In this document: positions 1 through 9,628 of the stretch, piece by piece
How the letters are laid out: every line of letters starts with the position of its first letter
Numbering within the stretch: the stretch's first letter is position 1
IMG/VR virus record: IMGVR_UViG_3300010354_000001
Span: 49,975 to 113,974 of that record
DNA: 64,000 nt
Reading direction: 5' to 3' (one strand)
Source of the DNA: a virus
The notes under the pieces: model-generated
Told to the model about the DNA's origin: nothing
Databases searched by the model: none
The model's input: the letters and a program-made list of their open reading frames with translations, nothing else
Translations under genes and position numbers: made by a program

Positions 1-439
1 TTTCATTCTACATCTATCATTAGAATTATGTCCAGTAGTGCTTTTCAGCGAATTTAAACTTTAAATGACTGGCCCATTTATTGTCGTGAAAGCCTTTTAT
101 AGACTGGTTTTCAGTGTCTTAAGAGTAGGGAAAGTTCCATGCTTGGGCCGATTTTTTACATCTACAGAGTAGAGACGGAAGCGGTAGCTTTATGCTCTTA
201 ATTAAAGTGTAATACATTGATTATTGGGAATTTAGACAGGGCCAGAAGGCTCTAGGACGAACGAAAATAGGTCTAAAGGTATAAATACTAGGCTATGGTA
301 TTTATTACGCTCCTAGCCGATAAGTAAATTATTTTGTTAATTTGTAAAGCGTAAATATAGATTTTTTACTGGAAAATGGGTATTTTGGGGCCCGAGATTT
401 ATATATTTCATTCTGAAAGCCTTTGCTGGAAAGGGTTTT

Positions 440-630
440 AAGCTGTAAAAAGCCATATAAAAAAGTTTTACCCGCAACATACAAGCCCCCCCAATAAAGC
501 CATAAAAAGCCCCAAAAAAGCCATAAAAAAGAGCTGATAAGCTCTTAAAAGAGCCGTAAAAAAGAGCTGAAATAAAGAGCTGAAAAGCTTTTAAAAAAGA
601 ACTGGAATATAAAGAGCTGGAATAAACTTT
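440..630. repeat. Phased A-tract / AAAGCC-AGAGCTG low-complexity repeat tract
   Basis: A4-6 tracts followed by GCC/GAGCTG recur about every 10-12 bp (e.g. 491-600); no ORF. Confidence 0.7.
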
Positions 631-894
631 TAAAATATCCCTACTACTGGATACTTTTTAAATATCTCCCCTACAAGTACAAGGGCCCATAAAAGGCCCG
701 ATAAATACTTCTAAAATCCTTTATCTAAGCATGTTCTAAGCTATTTTAGGCCCTAAGTAAAATATTAGGCCTTATAGATATTCTTAAAACTCTTTACTGA
801 TGAAGGTTCTAAGCTATTTTGGGCCCGAGAAAGTTATATAAAAAGAGCTGGTATAAAAAGCTAAGTAATTACATTGTTATTACTTTTACAAAAT

Positions 895-933
895 AAAAAA
901 AGAGTTGAGATCTTTTAACTTCTCAACTCTTTT
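895..933. terminator. Bidirectional intrinsic terminator
   Basis: AGAGTTGAGA (901-910) / TCTCAACTCT (921-930) perfect stem flanked by A- and T-runs. Confidence 0.75.
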
Positions 934-1047
934 ATAGTGTATCGGGGGGCCTAAGGCTATATTAAGCTAAGCCCTGTCTTCCTATCTGTTATAGATAGGG
1001 TATTACCTGCGAGGCCGTGAAAATAGACCTCTGCCTGTTTATACCCC

Positions 1048-1167
1048 TTAGCACTCAAAATGCACTAGCGTCTTACCGCTAGCCGTTATATAAACAACTT
1101 GACGGTATCCATCAATGATTATTGAATCGTTCATTTGTACTACTCTATTAATTAATTTATTTTCCAT
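1048..1167 (-). CDS. Small hypothetical protein (39 aa, MENKLINRVV...), probably leaderless
   Basis: Read by eye; ATG 7 nt after TGT-TAAAAT extended -10. Confidence 0.45.
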   Translation of the reverse strand: MENKLINRVVQMNDSIIIDGYRQVVYITASGKTLVHFEC

Positions 1168-1174
1168 ACCTACT

Positions 1175-1243
1175 ATTTTAACATATTTAATTAAGATCTG
1201 CTTAAGAAAGTAATATATTTTTAGTTTATTAACTTTATTTAAT
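1175..1243 (-). promoter_or_regulatory. Early-type promoter: extended -10 plus 11-bp-period TTAA repeats
   Basis: CTTAAGCA-gat-CTTAATTA-aatatgt-TAAAAT; upstream 19-mer identical to 2357-2375. Confidence 0.6.
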
Positions 1244-1380
1244 ACTTGTTAGTGTTATGCGGCCTTATGGGATTGTATTAAAATTGCTTATCGGCTTAGG
1301 GGTTAAAATCTTGCAGTTGCTACATATGTATCTTTTTTAAATTTACTAGCTTATGCCGATAAGCAGAAATATAAGCAATA

Positions 1381-1408
1381 AAAAAGCCTAGCGGGGGGGC
1401 TAGGCTTG
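1381..1408 (-). terminator. Intrinsic terminator after 1426..1611
   Basis: AAGCCTAGC/GCTAGGCTT stem followed by a T-run on the minus strand. Confidence 0.75.
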
Positions 1409-1425
1409 GGGGGGTTTATTGGGGA

Positions 1426-1611
1426 TTAGTTAGACTTAGCTAACCTAATCCAGGTATTTACCTCCGCCATTTCTGCAGAAGTGAACTCTATGAATTTTAT
1501 ACCCATCTGCTCAGCTTCTTGGGTAGTGGCTTTAATTTTAGCTAGTAAAGCTAAATTAGCTTTAGTAGCTTTAGTAGCTCTTATTAAGTTTAGCACTGCA
1601 TTTTTTCCCAT
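1426..1611 (-). CDS. Small hypothetical early protein
   Basis: 61-aa ORF with AAGGAG RBS, own promoter and terminator. Confidence 0.7.
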   Translation of the reverse strand: MGKNAVLNLIRATKATKANLALLAKIKATTQEAEQMGIKFIEFTSAEMAEVNTWIRLAKSN

Positions 1612-1665
1612 AATTTACTTCTTTTAGATTTGTTTTAGCTGTTTACTCAGCTCTCTATACTTCTT

Positions 1666-1719
1666 ATATTAGCATATAAAATTAAGCTATGGTTAAGAAC
1701 ATGCTAATAAATCGTTAAA
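1666..1719 (-). promoter_or_regulatory. Early-type promoter with four 11-bp-period TTAA-like repeats
   Basis: TTTAACGA-ttt-ATTAGCAT-gtt-CTTAACCA-tag-CTTAATTT-tatatgc-TAATAT. Confidence 0.6.
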
Positions 1720-1722
1720 AGA

Positions 1723-2040
1723 TTATAAGGATTTTTTTAAAGAAATTATAGTCTCCTTTAGTTCTAACAGTTTAGATAAAGGTAATTTTACTCGCACATA
1801 GTCTCCTAGATTATTAATAACAACTAGAATATATTTATCTAGGTCTTTAATATCTTCTAGCTCCCTGTCACAAGAGCTAAAATCGGGAGTCCCGTCCCAA
1901 TTATTAACATAGGCCAGATGGTCATCTATTAGATCAAATAACCTATCTTCCTCCGAACCTTCATAATCGCTAATACTAGCGATTCTATCGGGGGAGACTT
2001 GCCGCTCTTTTGTCCCCTTGTATATAGTGTTAAATAACAT
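1723..2040 (-). CDS. Hypothetical early protein
   Basis: 105-aa ORF, AAGGAG RBS. Confidence 0.75.
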   Translation of the reverse strand: MLFNTIYKGTKERQVSPDRIASISDYEGSEEDRLFDLIDDHLAYVNNWDGTPDFSSCDRELEDIKDLDKYILVVINNLGDYVRVKLPLSKLLELKETIISLKKSL

Positions 2041-2112
2041 TTTTTATTCTCCTTTACCTAGTTTTAAGATACTAGGATCTATTTTTAAGGGCCCGAGTTA
2101 GGGCCCCTGCTA

Positions 2113-2280
2113 CTACATCTCTACTGCGATTAAATCGCTGAACCATACTCTCTCAGCAGGAGAATTTCTAACTACTCGGTTAGAATACACGTCATACGGC
2201 CGTATTATAGCAAACGTCCCCGTAAATCCTACTAGTTTATACACTAGGCAACTTCCAGACTTTCTACATAATTTACTCAT
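2113..2280 (-). CDS. Small hypothetical protein (55 aa, MSKLCRKSG...)
   Basis: Read by eye; AAGGAG RBS and promoter at 2307-2340. Confidence 0.55.
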   Translation of the reverse strand: MSKLCRKSGSCLVYKLVGFTGTFAIIRPYDVYSNRVVRNSPAERVWFSDLIAVEM

Positions 2281-2306
2281 AATTTTTCAGCTCCTTTATA
2301 CCTATA

Positions 2307-2375
2307 ATATTAACACATAAAGTTAATAAGTGGTTAAGAATATTTAAAAATATTCTTTTATTAACTTTATTTAAT
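2307..2375 (-). promoter_or_regulatory. Early-type promoter: extended -10 plus 11-bp-period TTAA repeats
   Basis: CTTAACCA-ctt-ATTAACTT-tatgtgt-TAATAT; same spacing as 1175 and 1666. Confidence 0.6.
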
Positions 2376-2722
2376 TTTCAAAAAAATTAGCCTGCTCTTT
2401 TACATGCCGCCTAAATAGTTTTTTGGCTTCTGTTAAACTATAAGCTGCATACCTTTTTTTATAAAATACCCCTTTATAATGGGTAGTTAAAATAATATCC
2501 CCGCTAGGAAATAATTTTTCTATATCTATTTTCATTTTGGCCTTTTACTGTTTGTTGAGTTTACCAGCTCTCTATACTATGCTATATTATTAAAATGGTA
2601 TGCCTGGACTTATACATATACAATATAACCAGTCTGCTGTATGCCACGCTGCTATAGTTAGGGCCATAGCTGCTAAGAATTGTACTAGTGTTATTTTGTT
2701 ATCCATAGTTTTATTATTCCCT

Positions 2723-2905
2723 TTATTTTAATATTATATTTTTGTATAAAGTACGTCCGTGTCCATCTTGAACATTACTCGGGATAGTTACCTGAGTTAT
2801 CACGTAACCTAGCTTGACATGATTTTTAAGCATAGGTAGGTCATGATAACTATTAGTTAGTCCTATAACATGTGTTTCTTTTTTTAACGTATAATATTTT
2901 AGCAT
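2723..2905 (-). CDS. Small hypothetical early protein
   Basis: 60-aa ORF preceded by the repeated TAAAGGGAATAAAAAAACT-ATG RBS cassette. Confidence 0.6.
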   Translation of the reverse strand: MLKYYTLKKETHVIGLTNSYHDLPMLKNHVKLGYVITQVTIPSNVQDGHGRTLYKNIILK

Positions 2906-2944
2906 AGTTTTTTTATTCCCTTTATTTATTGTTTTTAACCTATT

Positions 2945-3694
2945 TTAATCATTATTTTTTATAACGGGCATAATCATAACTGTAATATTATCTTGTTCTA
3001 TGAATACAGGACTCTTAAGGATTCTCTCCCCTTCTGCATGCGTATAAAGTAGAATACCTTCCTGATTAGAAGTTTTAACAAGAGTTAATAAATCCTTAAC
3101 ATAAAAATTAACCTCCTTGGTTGCTTCGTCAAAATCTATAGAATCCTTTGCATTTAAAGTAATTGAATCATTTTTATTTTTAAAAGCATTTAAAGTTTTA
3201 AGCAAAGAACTTTTTTTAAAAATTCCCAATACTTTTTTATCTTCAATTAAGCACCCTAAATAGTTAGGAGCTTTAATGTCCAAGGACTCAGCACTATAGG
3301 TAAGTTTAACTTCTTTATAGCAGTTTAAAACTTTAAAAGTAACTGTATTATCTAGTTTTTCGATAGTTACTTTAAAGCCCTTTTTATCCAACTTGTTGAA
3401 AGCCTTTAAAGCAGTAGTTAATACTGCTACATCCTTACTATCCAGTAATACATAATTATTACTGGTAGAATCAGTAGGGCCTAATTTAGTTAATACCAAT
3501 TTGCTGCTATCGGAAGCTGCTATGTAAGCCCCGGATATGTAAATACTGTTAAGTATACCAATTGATTTGGTATTTACATAATCCAGGCTACTGCTAAGGC
3601 AGTTAACTAAATCTAAACTATTTATTTCTAAGATTGTTTCTGTCATTGTTTTTATTCCCTTTATTTTATTCCCTTTATTTTTAAATATTAACAT
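2945..3694 (-). CDS. DNA polymerase III beta-clamp-like protein (shortened; likely start ATG 3646)
   Basis: ILNSIYI...IAASDSSKL resembles the DnaN 'L.gi....ATDghRL' block; C-terminal VMIMPV matches DnaN 'liMPv'. Confidence 0.55.
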   Translation of the reverse strand: MLIFKNKGNKIKGIKTMTETILEINSLDLVNCLSSSLDYVNTKSIGILNSIYISGAYIAASDSSKLVLTKLGPTDSTSNNYVLLDSKDVAVLTTALKAFNKLDKKGFKVTIEKLDNTVTFKVLNCYKEVKLTYSAESLDIKAPNYLGCLIEDKKVLGIFKKSSLLKTLNAFKNKNDSITLNAKDSIDFDEATKEVNFYVKDLLTLVKTSNQEGILLYTHAEGERILKSPVFIEQDNITVMIMPVIKNND

Positions 3695-3831
3695 ATCTTT
3701 TAAAAAAAATATGGTCTTATAAAAAAATTAAAAATTAAAATAAGCACTGCCCCGATAATTGTCAATACATTTATAAAAACGTATATACTGAAAGCATCTA
3801 AATCGTATTTACTCATTGTTTTTACCTTTTT

Positions 3832-4134
3832 TTAATTATTTGTGTAAATAAATTCTAAATTTTTCTCTATTATTTCTTTCTTATCTAGAATTTCAGCAGT
3901 ATCAGCATTCAATTCGTCAATACCCATTAGGTCTAACATATTATCTAGAGCCTCGTAAATCTGTTCTATATTTTCTGAAAAATCTGGAAGTCTTGGAGCT
4001 GGTACAGATTCGCTAATACATATTCGGTATCTTAACCTGAGCTCATCTTCAACTTTATCTATATCTTGCTCTCTTAATGTTATCTTAATAATATCTTCTA
4101 TCGTCATTTTTACCTCCATTTTTAATATTAACAT
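3832..4134 (-). CDS. Hypothetical acidic protein (likely start 4107)
   Basis: ORF with GGAGG RBS before second Met. Confidence 0.65.
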   Translation of the reverse strand: MLILKMEVKMTIEDIIKITLREQDIDKVEDELRLRYRICISESVPAPRLPDFSENIEQIYEALDNMLDLMGIDELNADTAEILDKKEIIEKNLEFIYTNN

Positions 4135-4404
4135 TTACTCATTTATCTATTAGGGATTTATACAGTTCTGAAAGCCTGTCAGGGATTGGGTTTCAGGGGA
4201 AAATCCTCTACAATCAATTAAAATTAGCATGGATAGATATTCATACAGGCTTGTTAATTTTCGTTGATTCTAGAGGAATGACCTCTACAACCCTGTCACT
4301 GAAAGGGTTTTAAAAACACTAATTCTAGATAATATACATTTAGTAATACTTATTAGTGTTTGCCTACCCTAAACGATAAATGAGAGATTTTTAATGTTGT
4401 TTTC

Positions 4405-5268
4405 CTAATAAGTAAATCCTAGTTTTTCCATATCTGATTTAAAATTTTGCATTAAAGCTGGTAAACGCTCTAGTAACAATTTTTTTAAATCTTCCTTGGG
4501 TAGTGACAGCTGCTCATCTGTGGCCTCGGGCCATACGGCCGAGTTTCTAGCTGCTTTAAAATCTCGGTCTTTGCCTTCCCCCCAAGAAGTTGGCTCCTGC
4601 ACTATTTCCACTTTGCAATTAGTCATAGCCGCTACAAAATTATTAGCTTCTTGTACACTATCAAACGGGGCCCTGTGCCACTCCTCCGTATCCATGCCGT
4701 TAAAAGAATATTTAGGAGAGAATTGATACTCGTTTTTATGTCTGCTGTTTTTATGATGAATTTCAACAATTTTAAAATCTTTCCAATCAGCGGCCACTCC
4801 TACTAAGTCAATAAAATTTAATAATTCTCTACTAGGTTTATATAAAAATGGACTGTTATTAAATTTTAATTTTCTAGTAAAGTTATAAGGCTCTCCCTTC
4901 TTTCTGCCCCAACAGTCAAGATCTCCAACATTATATAATGTATTAGCTAGATAGTGCATAGGACCATCACTGGATACGTTATGCCATTTTATTAGGTAAG
5001 CAAGTTCTGGAGCATATTTAGCTATTTCGTCATGCAGGCAACCGCAACTTATTAAATTTTGCTCACTTGCTGGCTCAACTTTATAACTCCCTTGATATAG
5101 AGACCCTGTTATAGCAAAGGTATTATGTCCATTATTGCATTCGTCATCAAAGCGTAAATTAATAAAGAGAGTATAATTTTTATCATTTTCTCTAAAATGT
5201 TTAACTATTTGCTTTTTCTGTTTTTTAGTTAGTATGCTGATAGGTAGTGTATTTAGTGTATTTTCCAT
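4405..5268 (-). CDS. Phage hypothetical protein
   Basis: 287-aa ORF; motifs DDECNNGHNTFAITG, CGCLHDEI, IKWH..SSDGPMHY typical of a phage early-region family. Confidence 0.8.
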   Translation of the reverse strand: MENTLNTLPISILTKKQKKQIVKHFRENDKNYTLFINLRFDDECNNGHNTFAITGSLYQGSYKVEPASEQNLISCGCLHDEIAKYAPELAYLIKWHNVSSDGPMHYLANTLYNVGDLDCWGRKKGEPYNFTRKLKFNNSPFLYKPSRELLNFIDLVGVAADWKDFKIVEIHHKNSRHKNEYQFSPKYSFNGMDTEEWHRAPFDSVQEANNFVAAMTNCKVEIVQEPTSWGEGKDRDFKAARNSAVWPEATDEQLSLPKEDLKKLLLERLPALMQNFKSDMEKLGFTY

Positions 5269-5291
5269 TTTGTTTATTTTCCTTTTATTTT

Positions 5292-6014
5292 TTAAATTAA
5301 ATCTAATTCCTTAATCATTTCTGAATATTCCTTAAAATCTGCATTTTGCAAACATTCTAGAATATTGTCTAGATCTTCTGTCTCGGTAGCATAGTCAATA
5401 AACCTGTCAATACTGTAATAATAATTATTATGAGATCTCATGTCATTACTTATTTTATCCTCGATTGAGGATCTTATTCTATCGGCTAACTCGAAATACA
5501 AATTAGTTATCTCTTCTGAGTCAGGATCTTTTAACTCGTAATACGTACCATCTACTTCTACGTTAACCCAACAAGTGCCAAGCAATTCTTGGCCTTGCAA
5601 GCCATACCCATTTCTTAAGCATTTCTTAAGAATTTTAAAAGCTCTTGAATCAGTTTTTTTATTTTGAACAAGATAGCAGTATGCAAGATTGTTAAAATCT
5701 TTATTTTCCATATCTAGGTCAAAATTTATTTTGCAGGAATTATAGTTAAAATCCCATTTTTTTAATTCTACATTTTTAACGCTTTTAACTGCGTTACGAG
5801 GTAAGTCTTTAAGATAATAATCTTTAATAATTTCCTCATCATCTAATTCATGCTTTAAATCATAAATAAACAACTCGTAATACTCATCATCTTCTAAAAT
5901 TGCGTAAAAATTATTATCTTTACAGTATTTTAGGACTTTGTTAATTTTCTCTCTATTTAAATTTTTATTAAGAGCTGCTTTGGCCCTGCTTGAGTAAGTT
6001 TTAACTATTGCCAT
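5292..6014 (-). CDS. Hypothetical early protein
   Basis: 240-aa ORF downstream of sigma70 promoter and conserved leader. Confidence 0.8.
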   Translation of the reverse strand: MAIVKTYSSRAKAALNKNLNREKINKVLKYCKDNNFYAILEDDEYYELFIYDLKHELDDEEIIKDYYLKDLPRNAVKSVKNVELKKWDFNYNSCKINFDLDMENKDFNNLAYCYLVQNKKTDSRAFKILKKCLRNGYGLQGQELLGTCWVNVEVDGTYYELKDPDSEEITNLYFELADRIRSSIEDKISNDMRSHNNYYYSIDRFIDYATETEDLDNILECLQNADFKEYSEMIKELDLI

Positions 6015-6075
6015 TATTGGCCCCTTTTACTGTTTTTTAAGAGTTTATCAGCTCTCTATTTATCTTATACCCATA

Positions 6076-6104
6076 ATCTTATCATAGCTAACACGCCTTA
6101 GCAA
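6076..6104 (-). promoter_or_regulatory. sigma70 promoter for early operon
   Basis: TTGCTA-17 bp-TAAGAT with TGn extension. Confidence 0.6.
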
Positions 6105-6881
6105 GATATTTTAAATTAACTTTTATTAATTTTAGTATTAGGGTTAATTCTCATAATTACCTTATATCAGATCAATATTAAGAAATAGTTATGAAAAATA
6201 GCATTTATAGCTTATCGGCGTAACGATTTAAAATATATAAAGGTATAAACACTAGGCTACTGCCTTTTTAATTGCTTATAGGGCATTTTAAAGAGAGAGC
6301 TTAAAAGCCTTTTTGGGATTGTGTTTTTAAGCTTTTTTTTGCTTAAAAATAGATAGTTAGTATCCCAATCTAACTAAAAAGCTAAATAAGATAGTCTTAT
6401 CCTACTGCTCTTTTTTGTTTTTTAGCTCTCAAGAAAAAAAAGTTTAAAAATTATCCTATATAGAATTTTAGCAGGCCTTACTAAGGCCTTTGGGCCTGTG
6501 TCGGGCCTATAATAAATAAACTAGTATAGGTTTGGGCCTGGCCTTGGCCATAAGTTAATAGCGTAACCCTGTCATAGAAAGACTTTCAGAAATATAAAAA
6601 TTAAAAATAAAACTATTGGGCCTGCTACATAAATAACTTATTAAAATATTCTAGTGCTTGGGCCACGGCTTTAATTAGAAAGCTGTCCTAGACGGGGTTT
6701 AAAGAATAAAATTTTATACAGTTCTGGAGTTGTTGGGCCACGTGCTGGCCCTAAAAAATAATTTAAAAAAGCTGTTATAAATTTAAAAATTGTGGCATAG
6801 TAGAAGTATGAGCAACTTAGAGATTTTTAAACATTTAGCTGCTAAAGAGCTTTTTTTTAGAAAAAAAATTTTAAAAAACTC

Positions 6882-6910
6882 TTGACAGCTTAACCAAGCC
6901 TTAGTATAAT
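6882..6910 (+). promoter_or_regulatory. Perfect consensus sigma70 promoter
   Basis: TTGACA (6882-6887), 17-bp spacer, TATAAT (6905-6910), A/T-tract UP region. Confidence 0.85.
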
Positions 6911-6970
6911 TAAGGCATAAAGAGATTAAGAGATAAATCTTCAATCTCTTAGTAAACTGAAAAAAAGAAT

Positions 6971-7080
6971 AGCCCCCAAGCCCAAGCCCCAAGCCCAAGC
7001 CCCAAGCCGAAGCCGAAGCCCAAGCCCCAAGCCGAAGCCGAAGCCCCAAGCCGAAGCCGAAGCCGAAGCCCTAAAAGCCG
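6971..7080. repeat. Tandem AAGCC(C/CC/G) 6-7 bp repeat array
   Basis: About 16 imperfect units AAGCCC/AAGCCCC/AAGCCG in an otherwise very AT-rich region. Confidence 0.9.
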
Positions 7081-7530
7081 CTCTGGGCCTATATTCCACC
7101 AATTATTAAATTTTTATAAAATTTTTTAATCCGAAATACGTATTACACATTAAAAAAACTCCAAAAATCCAACCTTAATAAAAAACATAATTCATTTTAA
7201 AAAATCATGGGAGTTCGGGAGCCTCGAAACTAATTCGTTTTTAAAAATCTTGGGGAGTCTGGCAGGTTTTGTGTCTGCTGTTCCCTTTGCAGTTTTCCCT
7301 ACTCTATAATTAAGTTACTATACTTTATAGCTTTTAAATTTAATATCTTTGCACTAAATACATACATAATGTAGTATATGATAACTTGTAGTTGCTTCTG
7401 CTCTATGCTTGTATAGAGTATCCTACTAGGGTAGGTACGTATGTAGTTTAAAGTATCTTATAATGAGCGTTACCTGCGGTTTATACCTGTTATATAGTAT
7501 CTTATCCTATATATTATGTATATAATACAT

Positions 7531-7591
7531 ACTCCGCAAAAACTCCGCAAAAATTATTTTTGGGCGATACTGTGGCGAAAACTCCGCAAAA
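7531..7591. repeat. Three copies of ACTCCGCAAAA
   Basis: 7531, 7543 and 7581. Confidence 0.7.
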
Positions 7592-7592
7592 T

Positions 7593-8222
7593 CTAAACAC
7601 CACCTTCTTTTGGGCGAAAATGTAGACTTTTCCTGTCGTGCAATTTATACACATAGCAATGTTTTGGAGGTAATGTTATAGGAGTTAGTAATCCTTGTTC
7701 TAACTTCTCTCTGAGTCTTTTAACGAAAGGTTTATACTCCCCTTTGTGTTTAGTTCTTAAAGCTCTTGAATGGTAAGTTTTACCTGTTTCTGGATCTAAA
7801 TATCCTTTGTCTTTACTACCTAAGCCTAAATACTCAAAGTTAGAAGCTTTGTAAATAATTCCTGTATGCCCATATAAGGGATCCGCATAAGATACTATTA
7901 CTTTGATAGTAGGATCTGTTTGTTTAATATGCTTTATACACTGGGCTATAACCCTACTCTCAGAATTTTTTGCAGTCTCGTCTACTAATACTAATCTCCG
8001 CAATTCTAAAACCTCATGCTCGTTCTGGGCGAAGCGTTTCCATGCCGTGGTAGACATAGCCCCAAACAGCACCGCTCCTACAAGATACCCTTCATGCTCT
8101 ACTGCAAAAGAGTAGGATACTTTAACTCCGTTAATACTGTGAGAGTAGTGTTTATTTTCAATAAAAGATTTAATCTCTGAAACCTTACACTCCCTTATGG
8201 TTAAATCTTTAGCTGGGATCAT
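7593..8222 (-). CDS. Mom-like (GNAT-fold) DNA adenine modification enzyme
   Basis: HYSH, ELRRLVL...NSESRVI, VSYADP..GHTG.IYKASNF motifs of Mu Mom family. Confidence 0.8.
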   Translation of the reverse strand: MIPAKDLTIRECKVSEIKSFIENKHYSHSINGVKVSYSFAVEHEGYLVGAVLFGAMSTTAWKRFAQNEHEVLELRRLVLVDETAKNSESRVIAQCIKHIKQTDPTIKVIVSYADPLYGHTGIIYKASNFEYLGLGSKDKGYLDPETGKTYHSRALRTKHKGEYKPFVKRLREKLEQGLLTPITLPPKHCYVYKLHDRKSLHFRPKEGGV

Positions 8223-8448
8223 TCTAATTTACAGAAAAAGGTAACTTAGTGCTATTATGCCCGCACCTAAAGCACCTAATATATAGTGTGTCTGTGAGTA
8301 ATCTCCACCTGCCGCAGCATTTATTATATCAGTTACCATAATCAAAGTAAACATTACTAAAGATACTGTGTTAAAAGTACTCATTTATTTCCTCCCTCTA
8401 TTTCTTCCTTTACTCTCTCGAATCTATCTATTGTGTAATCTATTTCTA

Positions 8449-8937
8449 TCATGTGCCTACCTTCTCCTTACCGCCTAAACTAATCATCCGTATCTCCCAA
8501 GTATCCTGTAACTTCATTACTACTGAACCAAAAGCAGGAGACTTGGCATTAGCCCCTATACCACTTTCAAACTTTATACGCCCATCTGGAATGAACAACT
8601 TGCCCCCTCTAGACATGCCGCAAAACCTTTTAGTGGTTATGAACTCTATAGGAAATAATACATATATTTCATTCTTTGCTTGGTTGTAGGTTTCCCAAGC
8701 TTTTTCCATAAATTTATGTTTGATGGTAAATGGTGGATTTATCCAAATTCTTTTATATGTCGTCCAGTCCTTACTTAAGCCATCAGTGTCTATAGTGTCG
8801 AAGTTTTCAATCCCGAACTCTTTAGCTTTCTCTTTAGTGGTAGCTGGATCATAATCAAATACACCAAACTGATCAACAAACCATTTAGGCGTATACCACT
8901 CATTATTTTTTGTAAACTCTACTAAACCTTTAGCCAT
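8449..8937 (-). CDS. Phage N6-adenine DNA methyltransferase (Dam_phage type)
   Basis: EWYTP, FDYDPA, DGL..DW, IWINPPF, GRIKF. Confidence 0.85.
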   Translation of the reverse strand: MAKGLVEFTKNNEWYTPKWFVDQFGVFDYDPATTKEKAKEFGIENFDTIDTDGLSKDWTTYKRIWINPPFTIKHKFMEKAWETYNQAKNEIYVLFPIEFITTKRFCGMSRGGKLFIPDGRIKFESGIGANAKSPAFGSVVMKLQDTWEIRMISLGGKEKVGT

Positions 8938-9628
8938 AATATTCTGCCTCGTCTGCCAATAAATCTGCCCTTCTTACTGTTATTAGAAAATCATTAATTA
9001 ACTCTAAGTCCGCCTTTTTATCGTTTACATAATCCCTAAAGTCTAATAATAAACCTTCATAGTAATTACATAAATTTACTGCTTCTCCTTGAGTATAGTC
9101 TTTAGCTTTTCTTATGTCAAGTAAATTTTTATAAACTTCTGTACCTTTAAAGTCAATTATATACTCGCCGTGTCTTAAGTAATGCAGTGCTTGGTAAGTT
9201 ACTCTAAGCCATGCAGAGGTATATTTTCTAGCTTTCCTGTCTTTATTTAGATCCCAGTCTCCATGCAATAATTTATTTTTTTGATTCTTAGCGTACCCTA
9301 AATGAGAGTTAAGAAGAAGTTTTGGGTTTATTATGTGTGGTAGCAAGTTTCTTAATACAGTGCCAAAATATGTTTTAACTTCTATTGGGGCGACAAACAC
9401 CTCTAAAATGGTAGGGTTATTTTGTAGGGCCATAGATAAGAAATGTTTTAACTCCCATGCTGTATTATCTTCGTTGCCTTCTATCCAGCTAGTGTTTGCT
9501 GGTTTATTGCCTACGCTTAATAATTCTCTTGTAGGAGTTGTGAATACTGCTCTATAGTCATAGTCACTGTTTTCATCAGCTAACCCATGTGCCCTAGAGC
9601 CTACTAATACTTTTAATATTTCTGTCAT
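8930..9628 (-). CDS. Pol-beta-superfamily nucleotidyltransferase (RlaP/YcgL/NrdC.11-like)
   Basis: VGSRAHGL....SDYDYRAVF, NPTILE. Confidence 0.85.
   Translation of the reverse strand: MTEILKVLVGSRAHGLADENSDYDYRAVFTTPTRELLSVGNKPANTSWIEGNEDNTAWELKHFLSMALQNNPTILEVFVAPIEVKTYFGTVLRNLLPHIINPKLLLNSHLGYAKNQKNKLLHGDWDLNKDRKARKYTSAWLRVTYQALHYLRHGEYIIDFKGTEVYKNLLDIRKAKDYTQGEAVNLCNYYEGLLLDFRDYVNDKKADLELINDFLITVRRADLLADEAEYYG

Noticed and set aside
6783-7049. 88-aa minus-strand ORF with GL/AS repeats
   Set aside because: Translation of the AAGCC array; crosses a strong opposite-strand promoter
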